Positions 48,040-56,613 of a DNA stretch of 56,613 bases are shown piece after piece. Source of the DNA: an uncultured bacterium. GTDB taxonomy: Bacteria; Patescibacteriota; Dojkabacteria; SC72. Position 1 is the stretch's first letter. Each line of letters begins with the position of its first letter. The stretch lies in NCBI GenBank assembly GCA_903840015.1, contig CAIMEL010000022.1, positions 1 through 56,613 on the forward strand, read 5' to 3'. The notes under the pieces are model-generated. The model was not told the DNA's origin, ran no database searches, and saw only the letters and a list, made by a program, of their open reading frames with translations. Made by a program: the position numbers and the translations under genes.

Positions 48040-49485
48040 TTATTTAGGAAACTGCTTGGAATAGAATGATGGTGTTGTAGAACCAGATATGACACTAGAG
48101 TAATATACTGCGATTCTACCTGTTCCACCTAGACCATATGTTGTCCCTCCATTTACTAAGATCTTGTTGGTCCCTAAGACCACATTATCCCCAACAAGCT
48201 TCACAGAACCACCAGAACCAGCACCTCTTGGTTGAGTTGTACTGTTTCTAACTGTACCATTTGCACCGGTTGCATTGATTGTACCATTGACATTGATATC
48301 TTTTGCCAGGATGAAGACTATTCCACCACCATTTGCTCCTGCTCTCGAGGCTCTATCACCAGACTGCTTGACGGAAGAACCACCAGAACCTAAATATAAC
48401 TTTGCCAAATCAGCCACACCATATACTAAGCCAGGACCAGTCCCATCAACTCTAGTAGCGTAAGCTCCACCAAAAGCACCCACAGCTGCACCTCCAAAGT
48501 TTGCAATTCCACTGGCAACTGAACAACTAGACATACCCTCTCCACTTGAGCCAGAAGTGTTATTCTTCAAACCACCTCTAAAACCATCAGCTGTAACACT
48601 AATACTCCCATTTATATTAACTGTACCACTAGCCTTAAATACAACAATTCCTCCTTTATCACCATTCCAAGCTTTCGCACTTAATGTTTTGTCAGCATTG
48701 ATGGTCACATCTTTAAACTGAGGAATCCTCTGCATTACAACAACTTGAGAACCACAACCCTTTCCAATACCAGCATCAGTACCTGAAGAGGAACCATAGA
48801 ATTTTACTTTTGCTGCAGTGAACTTAACAGTAGAACCAGTCACTGAATCAATCTTCAAAATCTCGTGATTTCCGACATTATCATATGTACCACCACCTTG
48901 GACATTGATAACCAGAACTTCATCCCCTGCTTTCAAACATGTACCTGGTGTGCTGTCAACTGTTGCGCTCTTTCCATCAGAGGCAAAGGACATTACATTG
49001 TAACTAGGTGCAAAACCACCAACAGTACATTTTTCAGTTTGAGCATCAATATCTACATTCCCAGAGACAACGAAATCTCCATCTGATCCATTTCCCCAGT
49101 TGTAATTTACAAGCCCAGCCAGATCACCACCACTCCCAGGTTCATTCGTCCCCTTAAACTCCCTATATGCATTCAGCCACAGTGAGAAATCCATAATGGT
49201 TATCGCTCCGTCAGAATTCAAATCAGCCCTGGCTGCAAAAGCCGCTGGATTTGCCTTGTAATCTCTGTATGAAGATAACCAAATACCGAAATCACTAATG
49301 GTAATTTTATTATCCCCATTTAAGTCAGCCTTCTTCAAAGCTTCAGGAAGTTCTTCTGTAGTTCCAGCCCTACTCCTTGTATCAAACACTCCCGCGCCAT
49401 CCAAAACATAAAATACAACCAAAGGAGTTATTAGGAAGAAAGAAAGCAATCCTAGAATGATCTTCCCTTTATTATTTATTCTCAT
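48040..49485 (-). CDS. Dockerin-domain surface protein with Gly-rich adhesin-like C-terminal domain
   Basis: N-terminal TM; duplicated Ca-binding repeat ADLNGDNKITISDF / ADLNSDGAITIMDF; GxGGG/GAGSGGS-rich region. Confidence 0.75.
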   Translation of the reverse strand: MRINNKGKIILGLLSFFLITPLVVFYVLDGAGVFDTRSRAGTTEELPEALKKADLNGDNKITISDFGIWLSSYRDYKANPAAFAARADLNSDGAITIMDFSLWLNAYREFKGTNEPGSGGDLAGLVNYNWGNGSDGDFVVSGNVDIDAQTEKCTVGGFAPSYNVMSFASDGKSATVDSTPGTCLKAGDEVLVINVQGGGTYDNVGNHEILKIDSVTGSTVKFTAAKVKFYGSSSGTDAGIGKGCGSQVVVMQRIPQFKDVTINADKTLSAKAWNGDKGGIVVFKASGTVNINGSISVTADGFRGGLKNNTSGSSGEGMSSCSVASGIANFGGAAVGAFGGAYATRVDGTGPGLVYGVADLAKLYLGSGGSSVKQSGDRASRAGANGGGIVFILAKDINVNGTINATGANGTVRNSTTQPRGAGSGGSVKLVGDNVVLGTNKILVNGGTTYGLGGTGRIAVYYSSVISGSTTPSFYSKQFPK

Positions 49486-49598
49486 ACAGAAAATATTAAA
49501 AAGTTATAATTTACTACATAGAAATACTTTACATATATAGAGGAGCACTGTCAAGAAACCAACTTTCTTTACAACCTACATTCTAGTAGAATAGCGAT

Positions 49599-50603
49599 AT
49601 GATAGATTTCCTAATGGAAAGATATAATCTTCCAAAGTATAGAAAAGAACAATTTCTGAAAGCATTCTTTCAGGAAGGTATAAATTCCTGGGACGAAATG
49701 ACTACATGGCCTACAAGCTTACGAGACATTCTTAAGAAGGAGATTCCGTTCACCACGCTACAGAACTTCACAGAAGTAACTTCCAGAGATGGAAGAACAA
49801 CAAAACTTCTCTCCTATACACAAGATGGCTATCCCATAGAAACTGTGTTGATGAGAGCACCGAAAAGGAACACAGTTTGCGTAAGTTGTATGAGTGGATG
49901 TCCCGTTGGTTGTAAATTCTGCGCAACAGGTCAAATGGGATTTAAGGAACAGCTTGATCACAGAGAAATCTTAGATCAGATTATGTATTTTAAAAGGGTC
50001 TTAAAGAAAGAATCAAAAGAATTAACTAATGTTGTATTTATGGGAATGGGAGAACCATTGTTAAATTTTGATAATGTAGTAAAAACAATAAAAGATATAA
50101 TAGATCCGAGAATGCTCGGCATCAGCCACAGAAAGATTACCCTGTCTACAGCAGGATATGTCAAAGAACTCGAGAAGTTTCTAGCTCTCAATCTAGGAGT
50201 TAAGATTGCAATAAGTTTGCACGCCCCGAATCAGCAACTAAGAGAGGAAATAATGCCAACTGTTGCCAAAGCAAATAATCTTAAAGATCTCCTACTGACA
50301 CTGAAGAGGTATCAATTGAGAACAAACAAGAGAATTACATACGAGTATCTCCTACTTAGGGATATTAACGACACAAGCTCACATGCTAAAGAATTGGCAA
50401 AGTTGTTAAGGAATCAAATATGTTTGGTAAATTTGATAAACTTTAATGAGTCTGAAGGTATCGATTTTAGACCAAGTAGTAAGAAGGATATAGATGGATT
50501 TAGAAGGATACTTGATCAGCAAGGTATTACAAATACTCTGAGGTATTCTTTTGGTGGAGAAATATCTGCAGCGTGTGGGCAATTAGCTAAGAAATCGGGG
50601 TGA
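49599..50603 (+). CDS. rlmN: 23S rRNA m2A2503 radical SAM methyltransferase RlmN
   Basis: CPVGCKFC (CxxxCxxC), MGMGEP, SLHAP, AACGQL. Confidence 0.95.
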   Translation: MIDFLMERYNLPKYRKEQFLKAFFQEGINSWDEMTTWPTSLRDILKKEIPFTTLQNFTEVTSRDGRTTKLLSYTQDGYPIETVLMRAPKRNTVCVSCMSGCPVGCKFCATGQMGFKEQLDHREILDQIMYFKRVLKKESKELTNVVFMGMGEPLLNFDNVVKTIKDIIDPRMLGISHRKITLSTAGYVKELEKFLALNLGVKIAISLHAPNQQLREEIMPTVAKANNLKDLLLTLKRYQLRTNKRITYEYLLLRDINDTSSHAKELAKLLRNQICLVNLINFNESEGIDFRPSSKKDIDGFRRILDQQGITNTLRYSFGGEISAACGQLAKKSG

Positions 50604-50668
50604 TCCGACTTGAACGGACGACCTCTACATCCCGAATGTAGCGTTCTAGCCATCTGAACTACACCCCG
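50595..50668 (-). tRNA. tRNA-Pro(CGG)
   Basis: Minus strand: CGGGGTG acceptor, CTACA-TTCGGGA-TGTAG arm; its 3' end overlaps the rlmN stop codon. Confidence 0.93.
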
Positions 50669-50671
50669 CTA

Positions 50672-52456
50672 TTACATTTTCTCAACAGTATTAATTCCCA
50701 GTCTATCCAGACCAACCCTCATTGTAGTCATCACAGCTTTCAACAGTAAAAGCAGGATCTCTCTTTCTTCTTCCCCTGCGTCAAGCACCCTAACGTTCTG
50801 ATAGAAGTTATTGAATACTTGACCCAAGGTAAACAAATAACTACATAGAATTGAGGGAGAATATCCTTCGGCAGAAGCAAGCATTAAATATCTCCCCCTG
50901 CCAATGGCCCTCACTAGCTCCTTCGTATGAGGATTATCTAAACACAGATCTAGGCACAAGTTACTTGACCCAACAGACTCAACAGAATCAAGAATCGAAC
51001 GACACCTCGAATAGACATACAGAAGATATGGGCCCGTATCTCCATCAAAGGCAACAGATTTCTCAATATCAAATATTATATTTTTACCAACACTTACTTT
51101 AAGAAATGCATATTTGATCGCTGCTATGGAGATTTTTTCGCTCACATCCTCTACATCCAAATCATCAACCCTATTACTTGCCTCCATAAGCTCCTCAACC
51201 CTACTTTGAACATCTCCCAGAAGGTACTCTGCATTTGCAAAGCCCCCTTTTCTACTACCCATTTTCTTACCATCAGGCGTTTGAATTATCCCATGTGGGA
51301 TATGCTTAGATCGCTCACTTAAAGCAGGGTCTATCTTGCTCAGGACATCAAAAACAACTTTGAAATATGGAGCCTGTTCACTACCAGTAATAACTATAGA
51401 TTCATCATACTTTATCAAACCACCTTTCTTGATAGCCAAAGCAAGCTCTTTTGCCTCGTATGTTGGTAACCCATGACTATTCACAAAAACTCTCGTATGA
51501 AGACCCAAATCTTCCTTCCCCTCATATATTATTGCCTGGCCATCCTGCTTAAAGATCTCTCCAACATTATCCAGAACCAATTTTAATCCCGCTTCTCCAA
51601 CTTCACTTTCAAAGAAATAGTAATCAAACTTCGTTCCTAGTCTTTTATATATCGTTTCAAAATAATCCAAGCACCACTGCCTGCCTTTAGTATATTTTTC
51701 AAGATATTTCTTCTCTTCGTATTCAGAGGACTCCTTGCTTGGTAGAGAGGGAATATTCTTCGAATATATGTAATAGTTGATACTGTCTATTTCTTTTTGA
51801 ACCTTCTTGTCACTCTCGACGTCGTATTGCTGGGAACCATAGATATACGAATCTCCGAGGTATCTCACCCTGTCTTCGAGTGAGTATCCTTCAATCTCTT
51901 CGAATGTTACACCCTCTAACAACATTTTTCTCTCCAACCCCCACAATGTTTTAGCCACATGCAAACCAACATCACCCTGATAGTTAGCACGCTTTACATT
52001 AGCCCCTAGCGACTCCTGAAGCCTCGCAAACGATTCGCCAACTATATTGGTATACAAATGGCCAACATGTAACACCTTAAAGGGATTGGGGTCTGTATAC
52101 TCGATAACAATATTCCTTCCTACCTTAGAATCAAATTTGAAATATTCATCTTCTTGCTCAACAATCTTAGATAGCTCGGTTAATAAATATCTACTTGAAA
52201 GGAAGAAATTAATAAAGCCTGGCGCTACAACTTCAATTTCTTCGATAGAATCATCTGTAACGATCCCAGAAACAATTTCTCTTGCCAATTCTACAGGATT
52301 CTTCCCACTCTTAGACGCCAATCTCATCGCAATATTTGTGGTGTAGTCACCCTTCTTAGGATCTCCAGGTACCTCAACAAAAATATCTCCCAACTCTGCG
52401 GAAAACCCTTTAGAATTTATCGAATCCAAGACCAACTTCGCAAGCTTAGTAACCAT
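50672..52456 (-). CDS. argS: Arginyl-tRNA synthetase
   Basis: GDY.TN, PGFINF, PNPFK.LHVGH, KMGSRKG, G.TGPYL.Y..R, terminal EKM. Start moved to ATG 52456 because the ORF-track start overlaps a tRNA. Confidence 0.95.
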   Translation of the reverse strand: MVTKLAKLVLDSINSKGFSAELGDIFVEVPGDPKKGDYTTNIAMRLASKSGKNPVELAREIVSGIVTDDSIEEIEVVAPGFINFFLSSRYLLTELSKIVEQEDEYFKFDSKVGRNIVIEYTDPNPFKVLHVGHLYTNIVGESFARLQESLGANVKRANYQGDVGLHVAKTLWGLERKMLLEGVTFEEIEGYSLEDRVRYLGDSYIYGSQQYDVESDKKVQKEIDSINYYIYSKNIPSLPSKESSEYEEKKYLEKYTKGRQWCLDYFETIYKRLGTKFDYYFFESEVGEAGLKLVLDNVGEIFKQDGQAIIYEGKEDLGLHTRVFVNSHGLPTYEAKELALAIKKGGLIKYDESIVITGSEQAPYFKVVFDVLSKIDPALSERSKHIPHGIIQTPDGKKMGSRKGGFANAEYLLGDVQSRVEELMEASNRVDDLDVEDVSEKISIAAIKYAFLKVSVGKNIIFDIEKSVAFDGDTGPYLLYVYSRCRSILDSVESVGSSNLCLDLCLDNPHTKELVRAIGRGRYLMLASAEGYSPSILCSYLFTLGQVFNNFYQNVRVLDAGEEEREILLLLLKAVMTTMRVGLDRLGINTVEKM

Positions 52457-52480
52457 ATTTAGCTTGGTTATTATATTAAG

Positions 52481-52554
52481 CGCACCCGGAGGGAGTTGAA
52501 CCCCCAACCCTCGGTTCCGAAGACCGATGCTCTATCCAGTTAAGCTACGGGTGC
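52481..52554 (-). tRNA. tRNA-Arg(UCG)
   Basis: Minus strand anticodon arm TCGGT-CTTCGGA-ACCGA. Confidence 0.93.
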
Positions 52555-52580
52555 ATGTAGCTAAAATATTCTATCACATA

Positions 52581-52654
52581 CGTACCTGGTTGGGATCGAA
52601 CCAACAACCTTTGGTTCCGCAAACCAATGCTCTATCCAATTAAGCTACAGGTAC
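52581..52654 (-). tRNA. tRNA-Arg(GCG)
   Basis: Minus strand anticodon arm TTGGT-TTGCGGA-ACCAA; GTACCTG/CAGGTAC acceptor stem. Confidence 0.93.
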
Positions 52655-52690
52655 AAAAGATCTTCTATTAAGAAGATTTTATCACAATAA

Positions 52691-53530
52691 TCAGAATTTA
52701 ATAACTATATCACCCTCTTCATATGTTACCAGATATTGCACATTGTATTTTGAAAATTTTTCTATGGTTTCATAATGAGGATGTCCGAATTTATTCTCTC
52801 TACCAACGGAACAGATGGCCACCTTCGGACCAACAGTTTTGAGAAACATCTCAGAGGTAGAAGTTCTAGAACAGTGGTGTCCAACTTTTAACATATATAT
52901 TTCTCCCAAATCCTCTCCCAACAGCTCTTCCTCCACTTCTACCTCAGCATCACCCATCAGCAGAATGCGGTAATCATCGACTTCAAGCAGAGCAACTAGA
53001 GACTCATTGTTCAGATTACTGCTTTGGGCATCATTGATATCAAAAGGATAAAGAATTTTTAAACTCAGATCCCCATATTCCACAAGATATCCGTAGGAAA
53101 CAGGGGTTAACAAATTCTCGTATTGGGTAAGGATATAATCATAGTTTTGATTATTAGCCATAGTCGGATTGTAAAGTATCTTGCCAACCTCATACCGAGA
53201 CAAGAGATGTAAAATGCCCACAAGATGATCATCATGAGGATGAGTTAAAACTACAACATCTATATAGTTATCGAACCAGGGCATATACTGGGGCAATTTA
53301 TACACGATACTATCATCTGGTCCTCCATCTATTAATATTTGGAACCTTTCTTTCTGAACTAAGATGGTGTCTCCCTGCCCAATATCAAAAAATATCAATT
53401 GAGATCTCTCCATTTCACCAATGGAACCAGAAACAACAAGAAGGACAGAGACTAGAAGCGAGAGAACATTAAGGAAATTTTCTTTTACAAACCAAAGCAG
53501 CACTTTTAATATAGTAGTTATATTTTTCAT
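52691..53530 (-). CDS. ComEC-type metallo-beta-lactamase domain as a separate gene
   Basis: FFDIGQGD, LIDGG, THPHDDH, LKVGHH.S.TS, N.FGHP motifs. Confidence 0.9.
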   Translation of the reverse strand: MKNITTILKVLLWFVKENFLNVLSLLVSVLLVVSGSIGEMERSQLIFFDIGQGDTILVQKERFQILIDGGPDDSIVYKLPQYMPWFDNYIDVVVLTHPHDDHLVGILHLLSRYEVGKILYNPTMANNQNYDYILTQYENLLTPVSYGYLVEYGDLSLKILYPFDINDAQSSNLNNESLVALLEVDDYRILLMGDAEVEVEEELLGEDLGEIYMLKVGHHCSRTSTSEMFLKTVGPKVAICSVGRENKFGHPHYETIEKFSKYNVQYLVTYEEGDIVIKF

Positions 53531-55175
53531 TTTCTAAAGGGTAGAAATATATTACAAAAACAAGAATAACCAATCCCAGCAGGATAGAAAGAATTCTTGA
53601 ATACAGAGGATCTATACTCCATACTCCCCAGTTAACCCTCCCAACATACTCCACCACCCACTGAAAATATTTCAATTGGATATTTACAATTGAAAAGAAA
53701 AAATATGATAACTGCGGCAACAGTTGTTGAGAGATAATGGCAAGGACTCCCCAAAGCATAGTCCCCTCTATTACTGGTAAAATTAAAGTATTTGCGAGAA
53801 CAGACCAAACCGAGAAAGAATTAAACACACTGAGTGTAACTGGCATTGTGGCGATAGTGCAGCTCATAGTGGGCAGAACATATCCTTTTAAAAAATCTGA
53901 TTTCCCGAAACAGGAATTAGCAACATTCTCGAAGACTGGTAAAAGATATACCAATCCCAAGGTTGCTAACAGGGATAACTGCAAACCTACACTTTCTAGG
54001 ATATACCTATCAAATATCAAAAAGGTTGCCACAGTGAACGGAATAGCTATATGTATTGAATTACTCCTACCGAATAGAACTGCAACGAGAGATACACTTG
54101 TCATTATACAGGCTCGCACTATAGACGCAGACAATCCTGAAAGCATAGCAAACATCCATATTACTACAAGACCAATTATATTCTTTGATTTTCTTTCTAA
54201 GAACGAAAAAGTTCTATTAGAAAAAACTATTAATATCGAGACGTTGTATCCAGAGGCCGCAACTATATGACTAACACCGGAATCCCGAACAGCTTTCTCG
54301 AAACTTTTACTAAATAGCCTTTCCTGACCAAACAGAATCCCTACTAACAAGGATGATTGTGGTTCAAATAGTACAGTGTCAACTTTCGATATCAGGTAAT
54401 ATTTCAGATCAACCAAAAAATTCCTTACTACAAAGCCATATCTCGCATCAGAAACGGAATCGCATTCCACAGATATAGCTTCAAATATAATATAGATACT
54501 TTTCCCTCTCAGATATTTTTTGTAGTCAAAGTCAGAAAAATTTTTAGGTTCCACAAAACTCCCATAGAAAAAACATCTCTGCCCTATGCTAAATATTTGA
54601 AAGGGGCTAGATCTTACAAGAATATTACCCTCATACTTATCCAAATTAGTACCATTTCGGGTCCCACCCCATAGTGCACGGGTTTCAACTGATTGTAATA
54701 TATGCCCTTCGCTTGGTTCGGACAGTACAAACCCAACAAAATCTGTGTTACTAAGTGTGAAACCACCCACTGCCTCATCCTGTTCTCTTTCATACCTGCA
54801 AGTCAAGAAAGCATAGACAATAGCCAGGATGCTTACTATGAGAGCGAATCCTATACCTCTGATTTTGTATACAAATTCCCTACTCCACATTTTACTCTTA
54901 GAAAGCATAGAGAGGTTCGGCATCTTGAGTAAACCGACGAAAACGAAGAGAAATATTAAAAAAGAAATGACAGATACTAGCAGAAGAACTCCCATAGTGT
55001 GGAGATGTGTAACGTTTCTCAGTACCAAAAGGCCTACAAGATAAGAAAATAGGAATAGCAGAGAATACAGAATGAGTTTGTAATCAAGAACATACGAATA
55101 CAAAGCATAAGATCTGATTGCTAGCTTTAAGATAAAAGCCTTGAAAGCGTGGAACAATCTATATGCAGACAGCAT
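53469..55175 (-). CDS. comEC: ComEC/Rec2 competence membrane protein
   Basis: N.SDFDY..YL, G.SHIVA.SGYN, S..RA.IM, G.QLS..AT motifs. Confidence 0.9.
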   Translation of the reverse strand: MLSAYRLFHAFKAFILKLAIRSYALYSYVLDYKLILYSLLFLFSYLVGLLVLRNVTHLHTMGVLLLVSVISFLIFLFVFVGLLKMPNLSMLSKSKMWSREFVYKIRGIGFALIVSILAIVYAFLTCRYEREQDEAVGGFTLSNTDFVGFVLSEPSEGHILQSVETRALWGGTRNGTNLDKYEGNILVRSSPFQIFSIGQRCFFYGSFVEPKNFSDFDYKKYLRGKSIYIIFEAISVECDSVSDARYGFVVRNFLVDLKYYLISKVDTVLFEPQSSLLVGILFGQERLFSKSFEKAVRDSGVSHIVAASGYNVSILIVFSNRTFSFLERKSKNIIGLVVIWMFAMLSGLSASIVRACIMTSVSLVAVLFGRSNSIHIAIPFTVATFLIFDRYILESVGLQLSLLATLGLVYLLPVFENVANSCFGKSDFLKGYVLPTMSCTIATMPVTLSVFNSFSVWSVLANTLILPVIEGTMLWGVLAIISQQLLPQLSYFFFSIVNIQLKYFQWVVEYVGRVNWGVWSIDPLYSRILSILLGLVILVFVIYFYPLENEKYNYYIKSAALVCKRKFP

Positions 55176-55878
55176 CTTTGAATTTGTTCAACGTTGCCTC
55201 GCCTATCCCACTTACATTTAGTAAATCTTCGATTTTTGTATAAGGCCTACCCAAAATTATTTTTTCAGCAGTAACTTCCCCAACACCATTTAAACTAGTA
55301 AGCTCTGATTTAGATGCAGTATTGATGTTCACACATTGTACCCCCTGCCCATTTGTATTACCTCCCTCAGTGGAATTAGAAGTTTGAGTACCAGAACTTT
55401 CCGCCCCTGTAGACTGATTACTACTAAAGGTCCCAACTTGGGGCAGGAAACTTAATAACTTACACTCCACCTCCTTTTCTAAAGGAAAATATATCTTTTG
55501 ATTTGCTGTTAAAGGCAGTGCAAGGTTAATGTTTCTAGAAACAAAGCTCAATGCAACTCCTTTAGAAAAACCTCCTGCTTTGTTCACAGCATCTATCATA
55601 AGAGCCTCACTATCTAAACAGTACACACCAGGCTCCCTGACAGCACCGCTGACATCTATATAGATTGAACAGCCACGCTCTATGAATAATGACTTGTCGC
55701 TCTTCACAGCCTCTACAGACAGAACTTCAGGACTCTCAACCCCAGTTTGTGTATCAACTACCTTTTCACTGAAGTCAAAATATTTAAGTAAAACATACTG
55801 AGAAAAAAATATTCCTAGAAGAAAACTGACCAAGAATACAGCTATATACTTTATACTAACTTTCTTCATATCCTTCAT
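55159..55878 (-). CDS. comEA: ComEA DNA receptor (SLBB plus HhH)
   Basis: IDVSGAV..PGVY, AGG, INLA, VNINTAS..EL..L.GVG...A..I, V.GIG. Confidence 0.92.
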   Translation of the reverse strand: MKDMKKVSIKYIAVFLVSFLLGIFFSQYVLLKYFDFSEKVVDTQTGVESPEVLSVEAVKSDKSLFIERGCSIYIDVSGAVREPGVYCLDSEALMIDAVNKAGGFSKGVALSFVSRNINLALPLTANQKIYFPLEKEVECKLLSFLPQVGTFSSNQSTGAESSGTQTSNSTEGGNTNGQGVQCVNINTASKSELTSLNGVGEVTAEKIILGRPYTKIEDLLNVSGIGEATLNKFKDAVCI

Positions 55879-55912
55879 AAGAAGAATATATAAAGAAGAG
55901 ATTAAGTTTGGA

Positions 55913-56572
55913 TTAATTCTCGATTATCTGAACACTCTCTATTACCACCTTGTTAACCGGTTTCTCTTTTGAATCCGTTTCAACTCTACCAATAGAATCA
56001 ACCACTGCAAAACCATCTACAACCTCTCCGAAGAGCGTGTATACACCACTGTTTAGAGCCTCTAGATTACCTTCCGATATATTACCAAGAGTTATGAAGA
56101 ACTGGGATCCATTGGTATTAGCACCTGCATTGGCCATCCCTACAGAGTAAGCTTTGTACTTTCTTGCAGTGACCTCATCTTTGAAAGAATATCCGGGACC
56201 TCCTGTACCTATTCCTGTAGGATCTCCACCTTGGATTACAAAACCTTCTACTACCCTGTGGAATATGATGCCGTTATAGAATTTCTCTGACGCCAAGAAG
56301 AGGAAGTTATTAACAGCTAAAGGTGTTTCCTTTTCAAACAAATCTATCTCGATATTTCCCAAAGATGTTTTCAGGATAACTCTGTAATCTACACCATCCT
56401 CCATGACATTTTTAGCCTCAGTATATTTTTTTGTTTGAACGATATTATTAGTAATATTTGTATTCATACCATTTTTTGTCATATATAGCCCTGCAATAGA
56501 GACAATCAACAGGCCAACGACAAGAAACAATATCTTCTTGTTATCCTTTACTGCCTCTCCAACCTGACTCAT
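55913..56572 (-). CDS. Membrane-anchored cyclophilin-type peptidyl-prolyl isomerase
   Basis: FHRVV.GF.IQGGDP.G.G.GG, MANAG..TNGSQFFI, FGEV..G; N-terminal TM. Confidence 0.93.
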   Translation of the reverse strand: MSQVGEAVKDNKKILFLVVGLLIVSIAGLYMTKNGMNTNITNNIVQTKKYTEAKNVMEDGVDYRVILKTSLGNIEIDLFEKETPLAVNNFLFLASEKFYNGIIFHRVVEGFVIQGGDPTGIGTGGPGYSFKDEVTARKYKAYSVGMANAGANTNGSQFFITLGNISEGNLEALNSGVYTLFGEVVDGFAVVDSIGRVETDSKEKPVNKVVIESVQIIEN

Positions 56573-56613
56573 ATATACACATTATATTTAATTTATATAC
56601 TTATATAATACTA

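Noticed and set aside
1942-54270. Numerous long antisense ORFs (e.g. 1942-2565, 10879-11418, 33616-34368, 41771-42481, 53737-54270)
   Set aside because: Shadow frames opposite well-supported genes, with Ser/Ile/Phe-biased composition and no motifs.
52691-55175. Split comEC as a frameshifted pseudogene
   Set aside because: The MBL part has its own ATG and N-terminal TM and both parts keep their motifs. Separate MBL genes are a normal ComEC arrangement.

Overview
Low-GC, gene-dense chromosomal segment of a bacterium using the standard code (TGA terminates rlmN; tRNA-Trp has a CCA anticodon). Several features suggest a Patescibacteria/CPR organism, possibly Dojkabacteria (inference only): shortened Mfd and DprA, split ComEC, archaeal-type ProRS, a form III-derived RuBisCO homologue and cohesin/dockerin surface proteins. 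Most of the window is housekeeping: dnaX, mfd, pth, ybeY, rpsU, rseP, frr, tsf, rpsB, radC, topA, dprA, mrdA-mreD-mreC-mreB, rpmB, rpmG-secE-nusG-rplK-rplA, rplJ-rplL, trpS, uvrA, proS, rlmN, argS, comEC/comEA, a cyclophilin and 8 tRNAs. The most unusual content is: (1) a three-unit array of promoter/boxA-like/small-ORF cassettes between rplA and rplJ, where each ORF is bracketed by complementary 5' and 3' arms and followed by a long hairpin; (2) an operon of four different ATP-grasp ligases plus a 7TM protein and a fused aspartic-protease domain, abutting a MATCAP/DUF1704-type carboxypeptidase; (3) a RuBisCO homologue that has lost nearly all catalytic residues; (4) a cohesin-cohesin-dockerin surface cluster and a shared LPD[TS]-TM-basic C-terminal motif; (5) rpsB with an in-frame TAA and an alpha-CTD-like tail, and EF-Ts with a duplicated N-domain. 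All product calls come from motif recognition by eye; no searches were run.
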